The position numbers were made by a program, and so were the translations under genes. A DNA stretch of 64,000 nt from an uncultured Bacteroidales bacterium (GTDB lineage: Bacteria > Bacteroidota > Bacteroidia > Bacteroidales > P3), in NCBI GenBank assembly GCA_900318175.1, contig ONJQ01000011.1, positions 5,373 through 69,372 of the forward strand, read 5' to 3'. Every line of letters begins with the position of its first letter. Position 1 is the first letter of the stretch. This document shows, in pieces, positions 1-9,617 of the stretch. The notes under the pieces are model-generated. The model did not search any database. It had not been told where the DNA came from and worked only from the letters and a program-made list of their open reading frames with translations.

Positions 1-146
1 TCGTGATGATGGGAGCATTCGTGCTCGCACATCTCGGTCTGAGCGGCGCTGTCGACGGTCTCATCAGCGGGCTGATTGTTGTTGCAGGAGGAAACGCCAA
101 ATGCAAAAGCGGCAGCCACAAAAGCAGTTAAGAAAACTTTCTTCAT
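1..146 (-). CDS. small lipoprotein, N-terminal part only (gene runs off the window start); located directly downstream of mmdA
   Basis: Minus-strand ATG at 146-144. My translation is MKKVFLTAFVAAAFAFGVSSCNNNQPADETVDSAAQTEMCEHECSHHH.., which shows a signal peptide plus lipobox (GVSSC). It is absent from the ORF track because it is truncated by the window edge. Confidence 0.5.
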   Translation of the reverse strand, partial: MKKVFLTAFVAAAFAFGVSSCNNNQPADETVDSAAQTEMCEHECSHHH

Positions 147-238
147 TTTGTTGTGTTGTTGTTTTATGGGGTGAAGAACCCCTGGTTAATAAATAAAAAT
201 ATTATTGATACAATATATCAATCTACTTTATTACTTTA

Positions 239-1798
239 TTACAGCGGGATGTTGTTGTGCTTCTTGAGGGGCAGTGACTCCTTCTTGGAGGAGAGAACCT
301 GCAGGGCTCGTGTAATGCGGAAGCGTGAGTTGCGGGGCTCGATGATATCATCGATGTAGCCGAAACGGGCAGCGCAGTAGGGATTAGCAAACTGATCATT
401 GTACTCGACTTCCTTCTGAGCGATGAACTTGGCGCGCTCTTCGGGGTCCTCGATTTCCTTAATCTGGCGGCCATACAGCACCTCAGTGGCACCGCTGGCA
501 CCCATGACGGCAATCTGTGCCGTGGGCCAAGCATAGTTGAAGTCGCCACGCAGCTGTTTGCAGCTCATCACGATGTGGGCACCGCCATAGCTCTTGCGCA
601 GGGTGACAGTCACCTTAGGCACCGTGGCCTCGCCATAGGCAAACAGCATCTTGGCACCGTGGACAATGACGCCATTGTACTCCTGACCCGTGCCGGGCAG
701 GAAGCCGGGAACGTCGACCAGAGTGACGATGGGAATATTGAAAGCATCGCAGAAACGGACAAAACGGCCGCCCTTACGGGAAGCGTTGCTGTCCAGAACA
801 CCTGCCATAGCCTTGGGCTGGTTGGCCACAATACCCACAGACTGACCGCCGAAACGGGCAAAACCAACCAACAGGTTGGGAGCAAATTTCTCATGCACCT
901 GAAGGAACTTACCGTCGTCGACGATGGCTTCGATAACGCCCTTCATATCGTAAGGCTCGTTGGGGTTTTCGGGGATAATGCTGTTCAGGCTGTCCTCCAG
1001 ACGGTCAATGGGATCTTCGGTGTGGACGTATGGGGGTTCCTCGAAGTTGTTGGAGGGAAGATAGCTCATCAGGTCACGGATAAGCTTGATGGTTTCCTCT
1101 TCCGTATCGCCGACAAAGTGGGCAACACCGCTCTTGGTAGCATGCACCATGGCGCCGCCGAGCTTGTCAACCGACACATCCTCGCCGGTCACGGTCTTCA
1201 CCACCTTGGGACCCGTCAGGAACATGTAGCTGTTCTCCTTGGTCATCAGGATGAAGTCGGTCAAAGCGGGGCTATAGACAGCACCACCGGCGCAGGGGCC
1301 GAAGATAGCACTAATCTGGGGAATGACACCGCTGGCAAGAATGTTGCGCTCAAAGATTTCGGCATAACCGGCCAACGAGTTGCTGCCCTCCTGGATACGG
1401 GCTCCACCCGAATCGTTCAGACCGATGACGGGAGCACCCGTCTTCATGGCCTGGTCCATAATCTTGCAAATCTTCAGGGACATGGTCTCACTCAGACTGC
1501 CGGCAAAAACCGTGAAGTCCTGAGCGAACACATAAACCGGACGACCATCGATGGTGCCGTAGCCCGTCACCACGCCGTCGCCAAGGAAAGACTGCTTCTG
1601 CATGTCGAAATTAACACAGCGGTGGGCGACAAACATGTCGAATTCCTCAAACGAACCTTCGTCCAGCAGGAGTGCGATACGCTCGCGGGCGGTCAGTTTG
1701 CCTTGCTCATGCTGTTTGTCGATGCGTTTTTGGCCGCCGCCCATTTTGGCTTGGCTTCTCTTGTCGAGAAGTTCTTTTATCTTTTCTTCAAATGCCAT
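239..1798 (-). CDS. mmdA: methylmalonyl-CoA decarboxylase alpha subunit / propionyl-CoA carboxyltransferase (carboxyl transferase family)
   Basis: 519-aa ORF. The N-terminus (GGGQKRIDKQHEQGKLTARERIALLLDEGSFEEFD) and GLNDSGGARIQEG are the typical acyl-CoA carboxyltransferase signature. It lies next to the epimerase gene. Confidence 0.92.
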   Translation of the reverse strand: MAFEEKIKELLDKRSQAKMGGGQKRIDKQHEQGKLTARERIALLLDEGSFEEFDMFVAHRCVNFDMQKQSFLGDGVVTGYGTIDGRPVYVFAQDFTVFAGSLSETMSLKICKIMDQAMKTGAPVIGLNDSGGARIQEGSNSLAGYAEIFERNILASGVIPQISAIFGPCAGGAVYSPALTDFILMTKENSYMFLTGPKVVKTVTGEDVSVDKLGGAMVHATKSGVAHFVGDTEEETIKLIRDLMSYLPSNNFEEPPYVHTEDPIDRLEDSLNSIIPENPNEPYDMKGVIEAIVDDGKFLQVHEKFAPNLLVGFARFGGQSVGIVANQPKAMAGVLDSNASRKGGRFVRFCDAFNIPIVTLVDVPGFLPGTGQEYNGVIVHGAKMLFAYGEATVPKVTVTLRKSYGGAHIVMSCKQLRGDFNYAWPTAQIAVMGASGATEVLYGRQIKEIEDPEERAKFIAQKEVEYNDQFANPYCAARFGYIDDIIEPRNSRFRITRALQVLSSKKESLPLKKHNNIPL

Positions 1799-1887
1799 TA
1801 TTTGAATTGTTTTGTTGGTTATTGAACATGGACGCCGCTCGCAACCTTAGCGATTGTCCGCTACGTCCGGAAAACTCATTGAAGGGA

Positions 1888-2295
1888 TTATTTGCAGCAG
1901 AACTCGGTGAGGACACCCAGCGTGCTCTTGGGGTGCAGGAAGCCGATGTGGAGGCCTTCGGCGCCGCCGCGGCTCTGCTGGTCGATAAGGCGGACACCCT
2001 TTTCCTTGGCATCGTTCAGGGCCTTGTCGGTGTCGTCAACACAGAAGGCGATATGGTGCATGCCGCCCTTGCCGCCATTCTTCTCAATGAAGGCAGCGAT
2101 AGTGCTCTCGGGGCATGTCGGCTCCAAAAGCTCGATTTTCACTTCACCAATCTTGAAGAAAGCGGTTTTCACTTTCTGATCGGTCACTTCTTCAATAGCA
2201 TAGCACTTCAGACCCATGACGTCTTCCCAATAGCGGATAGCCTCGTCAAGATTGGTCACGGCAATGCCGATGTGTTCAATGTGCGAAGGGGTCAT
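1888..2295 (-). CDS. mce: methylmalonyl-CoA epimerase (glyoxalase/VOC fold)
   Basis: IEHIGIAV..IELLEP..GGMHHIAF matches the VOC-family epimerase pattern. The ORF is open to 2334, but the internal Met (MTPSHIEHIG) at 2295 is the more likely start. Confidence 0.88.
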   Translation of the reverse strand: MTPSHIEHIGIAVTNLDEAIRYWEDVMGLKCYAIEEVTDQKVKTAFFKIGEVKIELLEPTCPESTIAAFIEKNGGKGGMHHIAFCVDDTDKALNDAKEKGVRLIDQQSRGGAEGLHIGFLHPKSTLGVLTEFCCK

Positions 2296-2505
2296 AATCT
2301 TTATTTTTTTATTTATTATATTTATTTTTTCCACAAAACATGTTTAATTCACACATTTCCAGCAGCAAACCTTACAATGTGTAAAATGCAAAGATACATA
2401 TTTTATTTTAAATGGCAAATAATTCTTTTCTACCAATATGTTAATTAACAATCCAACCCCCTGCCCCACCCTCTTTTGCAAAGGCTATAAAGGGTACTTA
2501 AAATG

Positions 2506-2556
2506 CCGTTCAACGCTCCTTCTATATTGGATCAATAATGAAGGAGCGTTGAACGG
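2506..2556. repeat. 51-bp near-perfect palindrome (CCGTTCAACGCTCCTTC ..17 nt.. GAAGGAGCGTTGAACGG) downstream of dxs; member of the GAAGGAGCG-core repeat family; probable terminator
   Basis: Read directly from the sequence. A close relative lies at 31235-31298. Confidence 0.7.
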
Positions 2557-2574
2557 GGGTATAAAGTACGGGTA

Positions 2575-4548
2575 TCACCCGCGTGCAGCGGCAAGGATGG
2601 TTTCAAGGTCGATGCCGCAATCTTTATGCAACTGGGGCACTGGACCGTGGGTCACAAACTGGTCTGGCAGACCCAACACGGTAACAGGAGGTACTTCCAC
2701 TGCCGAATGAGAATCACCGGAGGGTCTCGAAGCGGATTTCACGGAGGCAAAATATTCAAGCACCGCACTGCCCAGACCGCCTTTCTTCACACCGTCCTCG
2801 ATGGTTACAATGCGGCGGAATCGGCGCGAAAGGATGTCGTCAAGGAGGTCAGTGTCAATAGGCTTGAGATAGCGCATGTCGTACATGGCAACGGAGAGCC
2901 CCTCGGCTTCGAGTTTTTGGGCAGCGGCAAGTGCTACATTGCCTATATGGCCGATGGAGACCAGTGCCACATCGGTGCCTGGATGCAGACAGCGCCCTTT
3001 GCCGACAGGGAGGGCCTCAAAGGGGTTGCGCCAATCGGGATGGACGCTGAGGCCACGGGGGTAGCGGATGGCTACGGCTCCTTGGCGTGGCAACTGGGCT
3101 GTGTACATCATGTTGCGGAGCTCATGTTCATCCATCGGGGCACAGATGGTAAGGTTGGGAACGGGACGCAGGTAGGCAAGGTCGAAAGCGCCATGATGCG
3201 TCGGACCGTCGTCGCCCACAAGGCCGGCACGGTCCAGACAGAGGACAACGGGCAGTTGCTGCAGGGCCACGTCGTGGATAATCTGGTCGTAGGCACGCTG
3301 CATAAAGGAGGAGTAGATGTTGCAGAAAGGCAGCATGCCCTGCGCTGCAAGGCCGGCGGCAAAGGTGACGGCGTGCTGTTCGGCAATTCCCACATCGAAA
3401 GCCCGCGAGGGCATCTGCTCCATCATGATGTTGAGGGAGCAGCCTGTGGGCATGGCGGGAGTGATGCCGACAATGGCGGGGTTGCGTTTGGCCAGCTCGA
3501 CTATGGTGTGGCCGAAAACGTCTTGGTATTTGAGGGGCAGCCCGTCGGTGTTGCTCTTAATCTGGGCACCGGTCTCGGCATTGAAGCGGCCAGGGGCATG
3601 GTAGGCGACGGGGTGCCGCTCGGCAGGGCGGAGGCCTTTGCCCTTTTTGGTGACGACATGGAGCAGTTTGGGCCCTTTGATGGCTTTGAGCTGGGCGAGA
3701 ACCTCGACAAGCTCGGCGACGTTGTGGCCGTCGATGGGGCCGAAGTAGCGGAATCCCAGCGATTCGAAGAGGTTGGGGGCTCCAAGAGCGGCGGTCTTGA
3801 GCATGCGGGTGGTGCGCTGGAGGAGGTTGAGGGACTGGTCGCGACGGGCGTCGCGCTCCGTTTTGTCGCCCCCCAAGCTGCGCCACACTTTCTCTTTGAG
3901 CCTGTTGTATCGGGGCGAAGCGGTGATGCGGGTGAGGTGTCGGCTCAGTCCGCCTACGGCTTTGTCGATGCTGATGCCGTTGTCGTTGAGCACCACGAGG
4001 ATGTTGGCGCGGGAAACGCCCGCGTTGTTGAGGGCTTCGAAGGCTTGTCCGCCAGTCATGGAGCCGTCGCCAATGACGGCGATGTGCTGCCTGCGGGTGT
4101 TGCCCTGAAGGGTGGAGGCGGTGGCCATGCCGAGAGCGGCGCTGATGGAGGTAGAGCTATGACCTGTGCCGAAGGCATCGAAAGGGGACTCGTCCATGCG
4201 GGGGAAGCCGCTCAGGCCGCCGTAGGTGCGTATGGTGGGGAACTGGTCGCGACGACCGGTAATGATTTTGTGGGTATAGGCTTGGTGGCCCACGTCCCAG
4301 ATGAGTTTATCGTCGGGGGTGTTGAAGACGTAGTGCAGGGCCAGGGTCAGCTCGACGGTGCCAAGGCTGGAGGCCAGATGTCCGGGATGGGTGGCAAGGG
4401 TGTGGATGATGTAGTTGCGCAACTCGACGCTCAACTGCCCAAGGTCCTCAACCGAGAGGCGACGAAGGTCCTCCATGGAGTTGATGTTGTCAAGTATCAC
4501 ACCGGTGGAGGGAAAGGCAGGAGCATGGTTGGCAATGGGGGTATGCAT
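2575..4548 (-). CDS. dxs: 1-deoxy-D-xylulose-5-phosphate synthase
   Basis: 657 aa. GHQAYTHKIITGRRD, GTGHSSTSISAALGMA and GDGSMTGGQAFEALNNAG are hallmark Dxs/transketolase-like motifs. Confidence 0.95.
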   Translation of the reverse strand: MHTPIANHAPAFPSTGVILDNINSMEDLRRLSVEDLGQLSVELRNYIIHTLATHPGHLASSLGTVELTLALHYVFNTPDDKLIWDVGHQAYTHKIITGRRDQFPTIRTYGGLSGFPRMDESPFDAFGTGHSSTSISAALGMATASTLQGNTRRQHIAVIGDGSMTGGQAFEALNNAGVSRANILVVLNDNGISIDKAVGGLSRHLTRITASPRYNRLKEKVWRSLGGDKTERDARRDQSLNLLQRTTRMLKTAALGAPNLFESLGFRYFGPIDGHNVAELVEVLAQLKAIKGPKLLHVVTKKGKGLRPAERHPVAYHAPGRFNAETGAQIKSNTDGLPLKYQDVFGHTIVELAKRNPAIVGITPAMPTGCSLNIMMEQMPSRAFDVGIAEQHAVTFAAGLAAQGMLPFCNIYSSFMQRAYDQIIHDVALQQLPVVLCLDRAGLVGDDGPTHHGAFDLAYLRPVPNLTICAPMDEHELRNMMYTAQLPRQGAVAIRYPRGLSVHPDWRNPFEALPVGKGRCLHPGTDVALVSIGHIGNVALAAAQKLEAEGLSVAMYDMRYLKPIDTDLLDDILSRRFRRIVTIEDGVKKGGLGSAVLEYFASVKSASRPSGDSHSAVEVPPVTVLGLPDQFVTHGPVPQLHKDCGIDLETILAAARG

Positions 4549-4599
4549 AATGGGTGATGATGGTGTTTGAGATTGATTTGCGGTGGAAGTTCAGTATTA

Positions 4600-5730
4600 T
4601 TAATGGGTTTGCTCAACTTGATAGGCGGGAGCTGGTTTCTCCATGGGTTCAAACTCCTTGTTGAGTTTCTTGTTCGGGTCGCGTCCCTGGGCGGTGTCGT
4701 AGAGTTCCCACTTGCCGTCGTTGAAAAGGTAGGCCATCTCGACCCCCGAGGGGACATAGTATTGATAAAGGCCTTCCATGCCGGGCACTTGGGGCGCCAC
4801 TTGGTCGAAGATAATCATAAGTTGCTTCTTGTCGGTGGTCTTGTAGGTGGGACGGTTTTTGTTGTTGCTCTTCACGGCAGCTGAGGTGCGGGCGGCTGTG
4901 GCAACGGGACGGCTGGCACGACCCCGGCCGCGTCCACGCCGACGCGAACGGGAAGGACTGGAGAAGAGGTTGGAGAAAAAGGAGCCGAGTGAGAAGCCGG
5001 ATGAACGGCGCGGACGGACCCGCTCAGTAAGATGCAGGTACTGCTCCTCGTAGCTGAGGTTGACCATGGCGTCGTGCTTGTACTCCAAGACGATGCGGCG
5101 CAGATTGGGCTCTTTCCTGAATATATTCTGCCCAAACTGGGGAGTGCTTCCGCCTGATTTGAAGCAGATGGGTTCGATAATCTTGCGTTGTGTGAGTTTG
5201 TCCACGCCGTTCCACCCCAACAGGGTGTAGAAAGTTCTCCCCTGGTGAGTGGTGACGATGAGGTCTTGGTAGACCGCGCCATACCAGCGGTCGGGACCCA
5301 GCACCTCCTCCTGTCGGTTGATGATGTCCAGTGAGCGGTCGTTGAGCTGGGTGACGTCATACTGCTTGGTGCGTTCGTTGAGTGCCTGTACGAAGCCGAA
5401 GCACTCGTACTCGCCAGCGTCGTTGACGATGGGCCAGGTGAAGATGCGAAACTTCTTGTCCGACGCGGTGAGCACGGAGACACCGTTGCCGAAATCCCAT
5501 TGCCAGCGGAATGAATTGTCGGCAGTGAGTGCTTCGGCAAGCAGTTGCATGGCGGACTCGTTGGCATGGTAACGCTCATTATCGGTGGGAGCGGTGAATG
5601 CTTGAGTGAAAAGCTCGGACAACTCAGACTGGTAATGCGCCATCATCTCCTTGTCCTGCGCACGCAAGGCCGGAAGGGCTGCTACCCACATGAGGCAGCA
5701 GAGAAGTACGACATGTTTCATCTTTTTCAT
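4600..5730 (-). CDS. hypothetical secreted protein with signal peptide and an internal Arg/Ser/Gly-rich segment
   Basis: The real start is MKKMKHVVLLCCLMWVAALPALRAQ at 5730. The 714-aa ORF in the track extends further only as an antisense read-through of dapD. No family was recognised. Confidence 0.7.
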   Translation of the reverse strand: MKKMKHVVLLCCLMWVAALPALRAQDKEMMAHYQSELSELFTQAFTAPTDNERYHANESAMQLLAEALTADNSFRWQWDFGNGVSVLTASDKKFRIFTWPIVNDAGEYECFGFVQALNERTKQYDVTQLNDRSLDIINRQEEVLGPDRWYGAVYQDLIVTTHQGRTFYTLLGWNGVDKLTQRKIIEPICFKSGGSTPQFGQNIFRKEPNLRRIVLEYKHDAMVNLSYEEQYLHLTERVRPRRSSGFSLGSFFSNLFSSPSRSRRRGRGRGRASRPVATAARTSAAVKSNNKNRPTYKTTDKKQLMIIFDQVAPQVPGMEGLYQYYVPSGVEMAYLFNDGKWELYDTAQGRDPNKKLNKEFEPMEKPAPAYQVEQTH

Positions 5731-5804
5731 TGTCCTTTTAAACGCAGGAATGATTTTTTTATTTTGCGACGACGAAAAAAAGGTGCAGAATGAATTATTT
5801 TTTG

Positions 5805-5812
5805 TATTTTTG
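5805..5812 (+). promoter_or_regulatory. Bacteroidetes -7 box TATTTTTG (TAnnTTTG) upstream of dapD
   Basis: Exact consensus match only 5 nt before the dapD ATG (5818), which implies a leaderless or near-leaderless mRNA. Confidence 0.55.
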
Positions 5813-5817
5813 CACTC

Positions 5818-6636
5818 ATGAACGAACAGCAGAAACAACTCATCGAGCAGGCCTGGGAGAACCGCGACCTGCTGAAAGACAAAACCGTACAGGATACCAT
5901 CCGCCAGGTGGTAGACCTTCTTGACTGTGGTCAGCTGCGCATTGCCGAAAAAGGACCCGAGGGATGGCATGTGAACGAATGGCTGAAAAAGGCCGTCATA
6001 CTCTATTTCCCCATCAATCCGATGGAGACCATAGCGTGCAGCCCCTTCGAATTCCACGACAAGGTGGCTCTGAAGCACGACTATGCCGCCCAGCAGGTGC
6101 GTGTGGTGCCCCATGCCGTGGCACGCCACGGGGCCTACTTGGCCCCCGGTGTGGTGCTGATGCCCTCCTACGTGAACATCGGTGCCTACGTGGACAGCGG
6201 CACGATGGTCGACACATGGGCCACGGTAGGCAGCTGTGCCCAGATAGGCAAGAACGTGCACCTCAGTGGCGGTGTGGGCATTGGTGGCGTGCTGGAGCCC
6301 GTCCAGGCATCCCCTGTCATCATCGAGGACCACTGCTTCATCGGCAGCCGAAGCATTGTGGTGGAAGGGGTGCTGATTGAAGAGGAGTCTGTGCTGGGTG
6401 CCAATACCGTCATCACCGCCAGCACCCACATTGTAGACGTCACCGGGCCTGAGCCTGTCACCCTGAAAGGTCGCGTCCCTGCACGCAGCATCGTCATCCC
6501 CGGCAGCTATACGCGCCATTTCCCTGCGGGCGACTATCAGGTCAATTGCGCCTTGATCATCGGGCATCGAAATGAGTCTACCGACAAGAAGACCTCCCTC
6601 AACGACGCCCTCCGCGAGTATGGCGTAAGTGTTTAA
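5818..6636 (+). CDS. dapD: 2,3,4,5-tetrahydropyridine-2,6-dicarboxylate N-succinyltransferase
   Basis: 272 aa. The hexapeptide-repeat region (GAYVDSGTMVDTWATVGSCAQIGKNVHLSGGVGIGGVLEP) and overall length are typical of DapD. Confidence 0.9.
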   Translation: MNEQQKQLIEQAWENRDLLKDKTVQDTIRQVVDLLDCGQLRIAEKGPEGWHVNEWLKKAVILYFPINPMETIACSPFEFHDKVALKHDYAAQQVRVVPHAVARHGAYLAPGVVLMPSYVNIGAYVDSGTMVDTWATVGSCAQIGKNVHLSGGVGIGGVLEPVQASPVIIEDHCFIGSRSIVVEGVLIEEESVLGANTVITASTHIVDVTGPEPVTLKGRVPARSIVIPGSYTRHFPAGDYQVNCALIIGHRNESTDKKTSLNDALREYGVSV

Positions 6637-6658
6637 CCCTCTATAACCGACATTCATC

Positions 6659-7030
6659 ATGAAGAAATATCTCATTCTCCTCCTCATCCCGCTGCTGCTT
6701 TGCGGCTGCAAGAAACGCGTCGACGAATTCGCCTTCAAAGGCACAGTGATAGGCTACATGCAGTGCACGGGCATGGTCACCAGCATCTCGGAGTTCGACA
6801 TGGGCTACGTCCTTGCCCTCACCATCCCCGATTCGGTTGGGGCAGACTTTACCCTTCCCGACAACACCAAGCACCACAACTGTGTGGTTCTCTTCCACAC
6901 ACGGTCCCGTTTCCAGAACGGCGACATCATCTCGGGACGCATGTATCTGGACAACGACTACTCCGCAGCCTACTGCAATTTCCATCAGGACTTCGGCATC
7001 CCCGAGGGGGTCTGCACCTCGTTGGACTAA
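6659..7030 (+). CDS. hypothetical lipoprotein
   Basis: MKKYLILLLIPLLLCGCKK is a signal peptide with a lipobox Cys. It follows dapD after a 22-nt gap. Confidence 0.7.
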   Translation: MKKYLILLLIPLLLCGCKKRVDEFAFKGTVIGYMQCTGMVTSISEFDMGYVLALTIPDSVGADFTLPDNTKHHNCVVLFHTRSRFQNGDIISGRMYLDNDYSAAYCNFHQDFGIPEGVCTSLD

Positions 7031-7140
7031 GTCGCCTTTCTGCTCCCTGCCAAGCGGCTTGCCGCACCTCCCAACCCTGTTGCCCACAGGGTTGTTGAAA
7101 AAAAAATATTTTGTTTTCCCGTTATGTGGAAAATATATCT

Positions 7141-7148
7141 TATCTTTG
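7141..7148 (+). promoter_or_regulatory. -7 box TATCTTTG upstream of dnaN
   Basis: Exact TAnnTTTG match 51 nt before the dnaN ATG. Confidence 0.6.
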
Positions 7149-7198
7149 CATTTTGAATCGGCCTTGGGCCAAAGTTTATAATTATTGCCTTTAAAGTC

Positions 7199-8338
7199 AT
7201 GAAATTCATCATCAACAGCCTGCTCTTCTCTAAGCAGATTCAGTCACTCAGCGGTGTCCTTACCAACAATAACACCGTGCCCATCATCAATTGTTTCCAC
7301 TTCCACCTCGACGAAGGTGTCCTCACCATTCGTGCCACCGACCTTGAGACCACGCTTGTCTCGAAAGTGGAGGTAGAGACCGGCACGGTCGACGGGCTCA
7401 AGGACGTGGCTGTCCCCTCCAAGCTGCTTATCGACATCCTGAAGAGCCTCGACGACGTACCCCTGACGTTCAGCGTTGACGATAACAACTACAATATCAG
7501 CATCACCTCGGGCGAAGGACGCTATCGCCTGGCGGGCAAGAACCCCGAGACCTTCCCCACCATGCCCGAGCCGCACGACACCTCCAGCATCTCCCTCCCC
7601 GGCAGCCTTCTGGTCAACGCCATCAGCAAGACGGCTTTCGCAGCCTCCAACGACGAGATGCGCCAGCAGATGAGCGGCATCCTTTGCGAAATCAACACGG
7701 AGAACATCACCTTTGTGGCCACCGACGCCCACAAGCTGGTGCGCTACCGCCGCACTGATGTCCAGTGCGACAATCCCGTCTCCTTCATCCTCCCGCGCAA
7801 GCCCATCACCATGATGCGCAACATTCTGGCCACCCACAAGGAGGAACTCGACGTCACTGTGGAGTACAACAATACCAACGCCTTCTTCACTTTCGACAAC
7901 TTCTTTATCATCTGCCGTCTTGTCGAAGGCCGCTACCCCAACTACGACGCCGCCATCCCCAAGGAGAACCCCAACCGCCTCACCGTGGACCGCAATTCGT
8001 TCCTCAACACCCTGCGCCGCGTGGGCCTCTTTGCCAACCAGGCCTCCCATCAGGTACGCCTCTCCATCTCTGAGCACGAGCTCGTAGTCAGTGCCGAGGA
8101 CCTCGAATTCTCCAACGACGCCAACGAGAAGCTGCCCTGCCAGTACGAGGGCGACCCCATGGAGATCGGTTTCAATGCCAAGTTCCTCACCGAGATGGTC
8201 TCCAACGTCGACAGCGAGCAAATCCTCATCGAGATGTCCCATCCCTCCCGTGCCGGCATCATCTTCCCCGTGGGCGACGGCAAGGAGAACCCCGAGGACA
8301 TCCTCATGCTCGTCATGCCTGTCATGCTGGCCAACTAA
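7199..8338 (+). CDS. dnaN: DNA polymerase III beta subunit (sliding clamp)
   Basis: 379 aa. The N-terminus (MKFIINSLLFSKQIQSLSGVL..PIINCFHF..LTIRATDLETTL) and three-domain length are typical of DnaN. Confidence 0.92.
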   Translation: MKFIINSLLFSKQIQSLSGVLTNNNTVPIINCFHFHLDEGVLTIRATDLETTLVSKVEVETGTVDGLKDVAVPSKLLIDILKSLDDVPLTFSVDDNNYNISITSGEGRYRLAGKNPETFPTMPEPHDTSSISLPGSLLVNAISKTAFAASNDEMRQQMSGILCEINTENITFVATDAHKLVRYRRTDVQCDNPVSFILPRKPITMMRNILATHKEELDVTVEYNNTNAFFTFDNFFIICRLVEGRYPNYDAAIPKENPNRLTVDRNSFLNTLRRVGLFANQASHQVRLSISEHELVVSAEDLEFSNDANEKLPCQYEGDPMEIGFNAKFLTEMVSNVDSEQILIEMSHPSRAGIIFPVGDGKENPEDILMLVMPVMLAN

Positions 8339-8423
8339 TCCTATAATGTATTAATGTGTTAATGCGTTAATGGTCGGGACGTTCCACGTCATTCGGAATA
8401 ACGGATTAACGAAACTATAAGGT

Positions 8424-9299
8424 ATGAGCAAAAGCAAGGTAAACCTGTGGGAGACACACACCTCCACCATCCTCAGCATCACCCTCGTCATGTTCCTCTT
8501 GGGGCTGTGTCTGCTGGTGGAGTACCACATCTACCGCGCCACCCGCGACATGCAGGAGCGCATCACCTTCAAAGTGGACCTCAACGCCGACATCAGCGAC
8601 GAGGATGCAGCCCTCCTCAAAGGGCAGATTGAGGCCATCCCCTACGTCAAGCATGTCGACTACATCTCCCGTGAACAGGCGGCTGAAATCTTTTCCGAGG
8701 ACCTGGACGACGACTTTGTAGGCTTCATCGGCTACAATCCGCTCTACCCCTCCATGATGGTCAACCTTTACGCAGAATACCTGCCCGAGACCCGGCAGGA
8801 TGCTCGTGCCGAGAGCATTGCCCGCTTCTCAGCCGATGTCAGCAATCTGGACAACGTCGTCGGCGTAGCCTATCAGGAGAACATCGTCAACGAGTTGAAC
8901 GATTTCTTCTTCAGAGCCACCTGGTTCCTCATCATCTTCATGGCCCTGCTCATGCTCATCAGCATCCTGATGATTAGCAGCACCATCCGCATCGCCCTGT
9001 ATGCACAGCGCGACACCATCCGCACCATGCAACTGGTCGGGGCCAAGAGCGGCTTCATCGCCCGTCCCTTCCTCTCCCGCAGTTTCTGGTACGGCCTTCT
9101 GGGTGCCGTCATCGCCATCATCGTCTTGGCTATTGCCACGGGCATCTTCAACCAGTCCATCGGCGGTCTCAACCTCTTGGCGGACACTCACATGCTTTGG
9201 TATGCGGGCATCGCTGTCGTCGTCATCATCCTGGGCGTGGTGCTCTCCTACCTCTCCACCCTCTTTGCGGTGGCACGCTACCTGCGCAACAACTGTTGA
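8424..9299 (+). CDS. ftsX: cell-division ABC transporter permease-like protein FtsX
   Basis: 291 aa. It has an N-terminal TM helix, a periplasmic loop and three C-terminal TM helices. The ftsX-DUF3098-uppP gene order is conserved in Bacteroidetes. Confidence 0.82.
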   Translation: MSKSKVNLWETHTSTILSITLVMFLLGLCLLVEYHIYRATRDMQERITFKVDLNADISDEDAALLKGQIEAIPYVKHVDYISREQAAEIFSEDLDDDFVGFIGYNPLYPSMMVNLYAEYLPETRQDARAESIARFSADVSNLDNVVGVAYQENIVNELNDFFFRATWFLIIFMALLMLISILMISSTIRIALYAQRDTIRTMQLVGAKSGFIARPFLSRSFWYGLLGAVIAIIVLAIATGIFNQSIGGLNLLADTHMLWYAGIAVVVIILGVVLSYLSTLFAVARYLRNNC

Positions 9300-9338
9300 T
9301 AATCATTTCATTCATTCAATACTATCACCTTAAATATT

Positions 9339-9599
9339 ATGGCAAAAGAAATCAAAAACACCGAAGACTCCAAGACTGGATTTTCCTTCGTATTTGGCAA
9401 ATCCAACTATATTATCATGATTGTAGGCCTTGTCCTGCTGGTCTTGGGCTACATCCTCCTTGCCGGTGGCGGCAGCGACGACCCCAACGTCTTCAACACC
9501 GATATGTTCAATGCCCGCCGGCTCTATGTCTCCCCCATCCTCATCATCCTGGGACTCATTGCCGAGATTGTAGCCATCATGTTCAAACCCAAACAATAA
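9339..9599 (+). CDS. small two-TM membrane protein (DUF3098-like)
   Basis: 86 aa with two hydrophobic helices. It sits in the conserved position between ftsX and uppP. Confidence 0.65.
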   Translation: MAKEIKNTEDSKTGFSFVFGKSNYIIMIVGLVLLVLGYILLAGGGSDDPNVFNTDMFNARRLYVSPILIILGLIAEIVAIMFKPKQ

Positions 9600-9617
9600 C
9601 CCTAAAAACTCATAATC

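Noticed and set aside
575-1825. Long antisense ORFs opposite recognised genes. Examples: 575-1825, 2626-4557, 7244-8242, 10418-11170, 11443-12597, 16473-17807, 23463-24827, 32251-33273, 35216-36016, 42176-43366, 44991-46232, 51754-52794, 53335-54258, 54873-55844.
   Set aside because: Each lies fully opposite a gene with clear family motifs. Their translations are low-complexity Gly/Ala/Val/His-rich strings typical of stop-poor antisense frames in GC-rich DNA.
4600-6744. 714-aa minus-strand ORF presented as one reading frame.
   Set aside because: Only the part from the Met at 5730 downward has a signal peptide and coding-like sequence. The upper ~340 codons are the antisense shadow of dapD (5818-6636), which has unmistakable DapD motifs.
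7031-7198. Replication origin, because dnaN and gyrB are both in the window.
   Set aside because: There is no dnaA gene and no visible cluster of TTATCCACA-like boxes or an AT-rich unwinding element next to dnaN or gyrB. In Bacteroidetes these genes are commonly unlinked to oriC.
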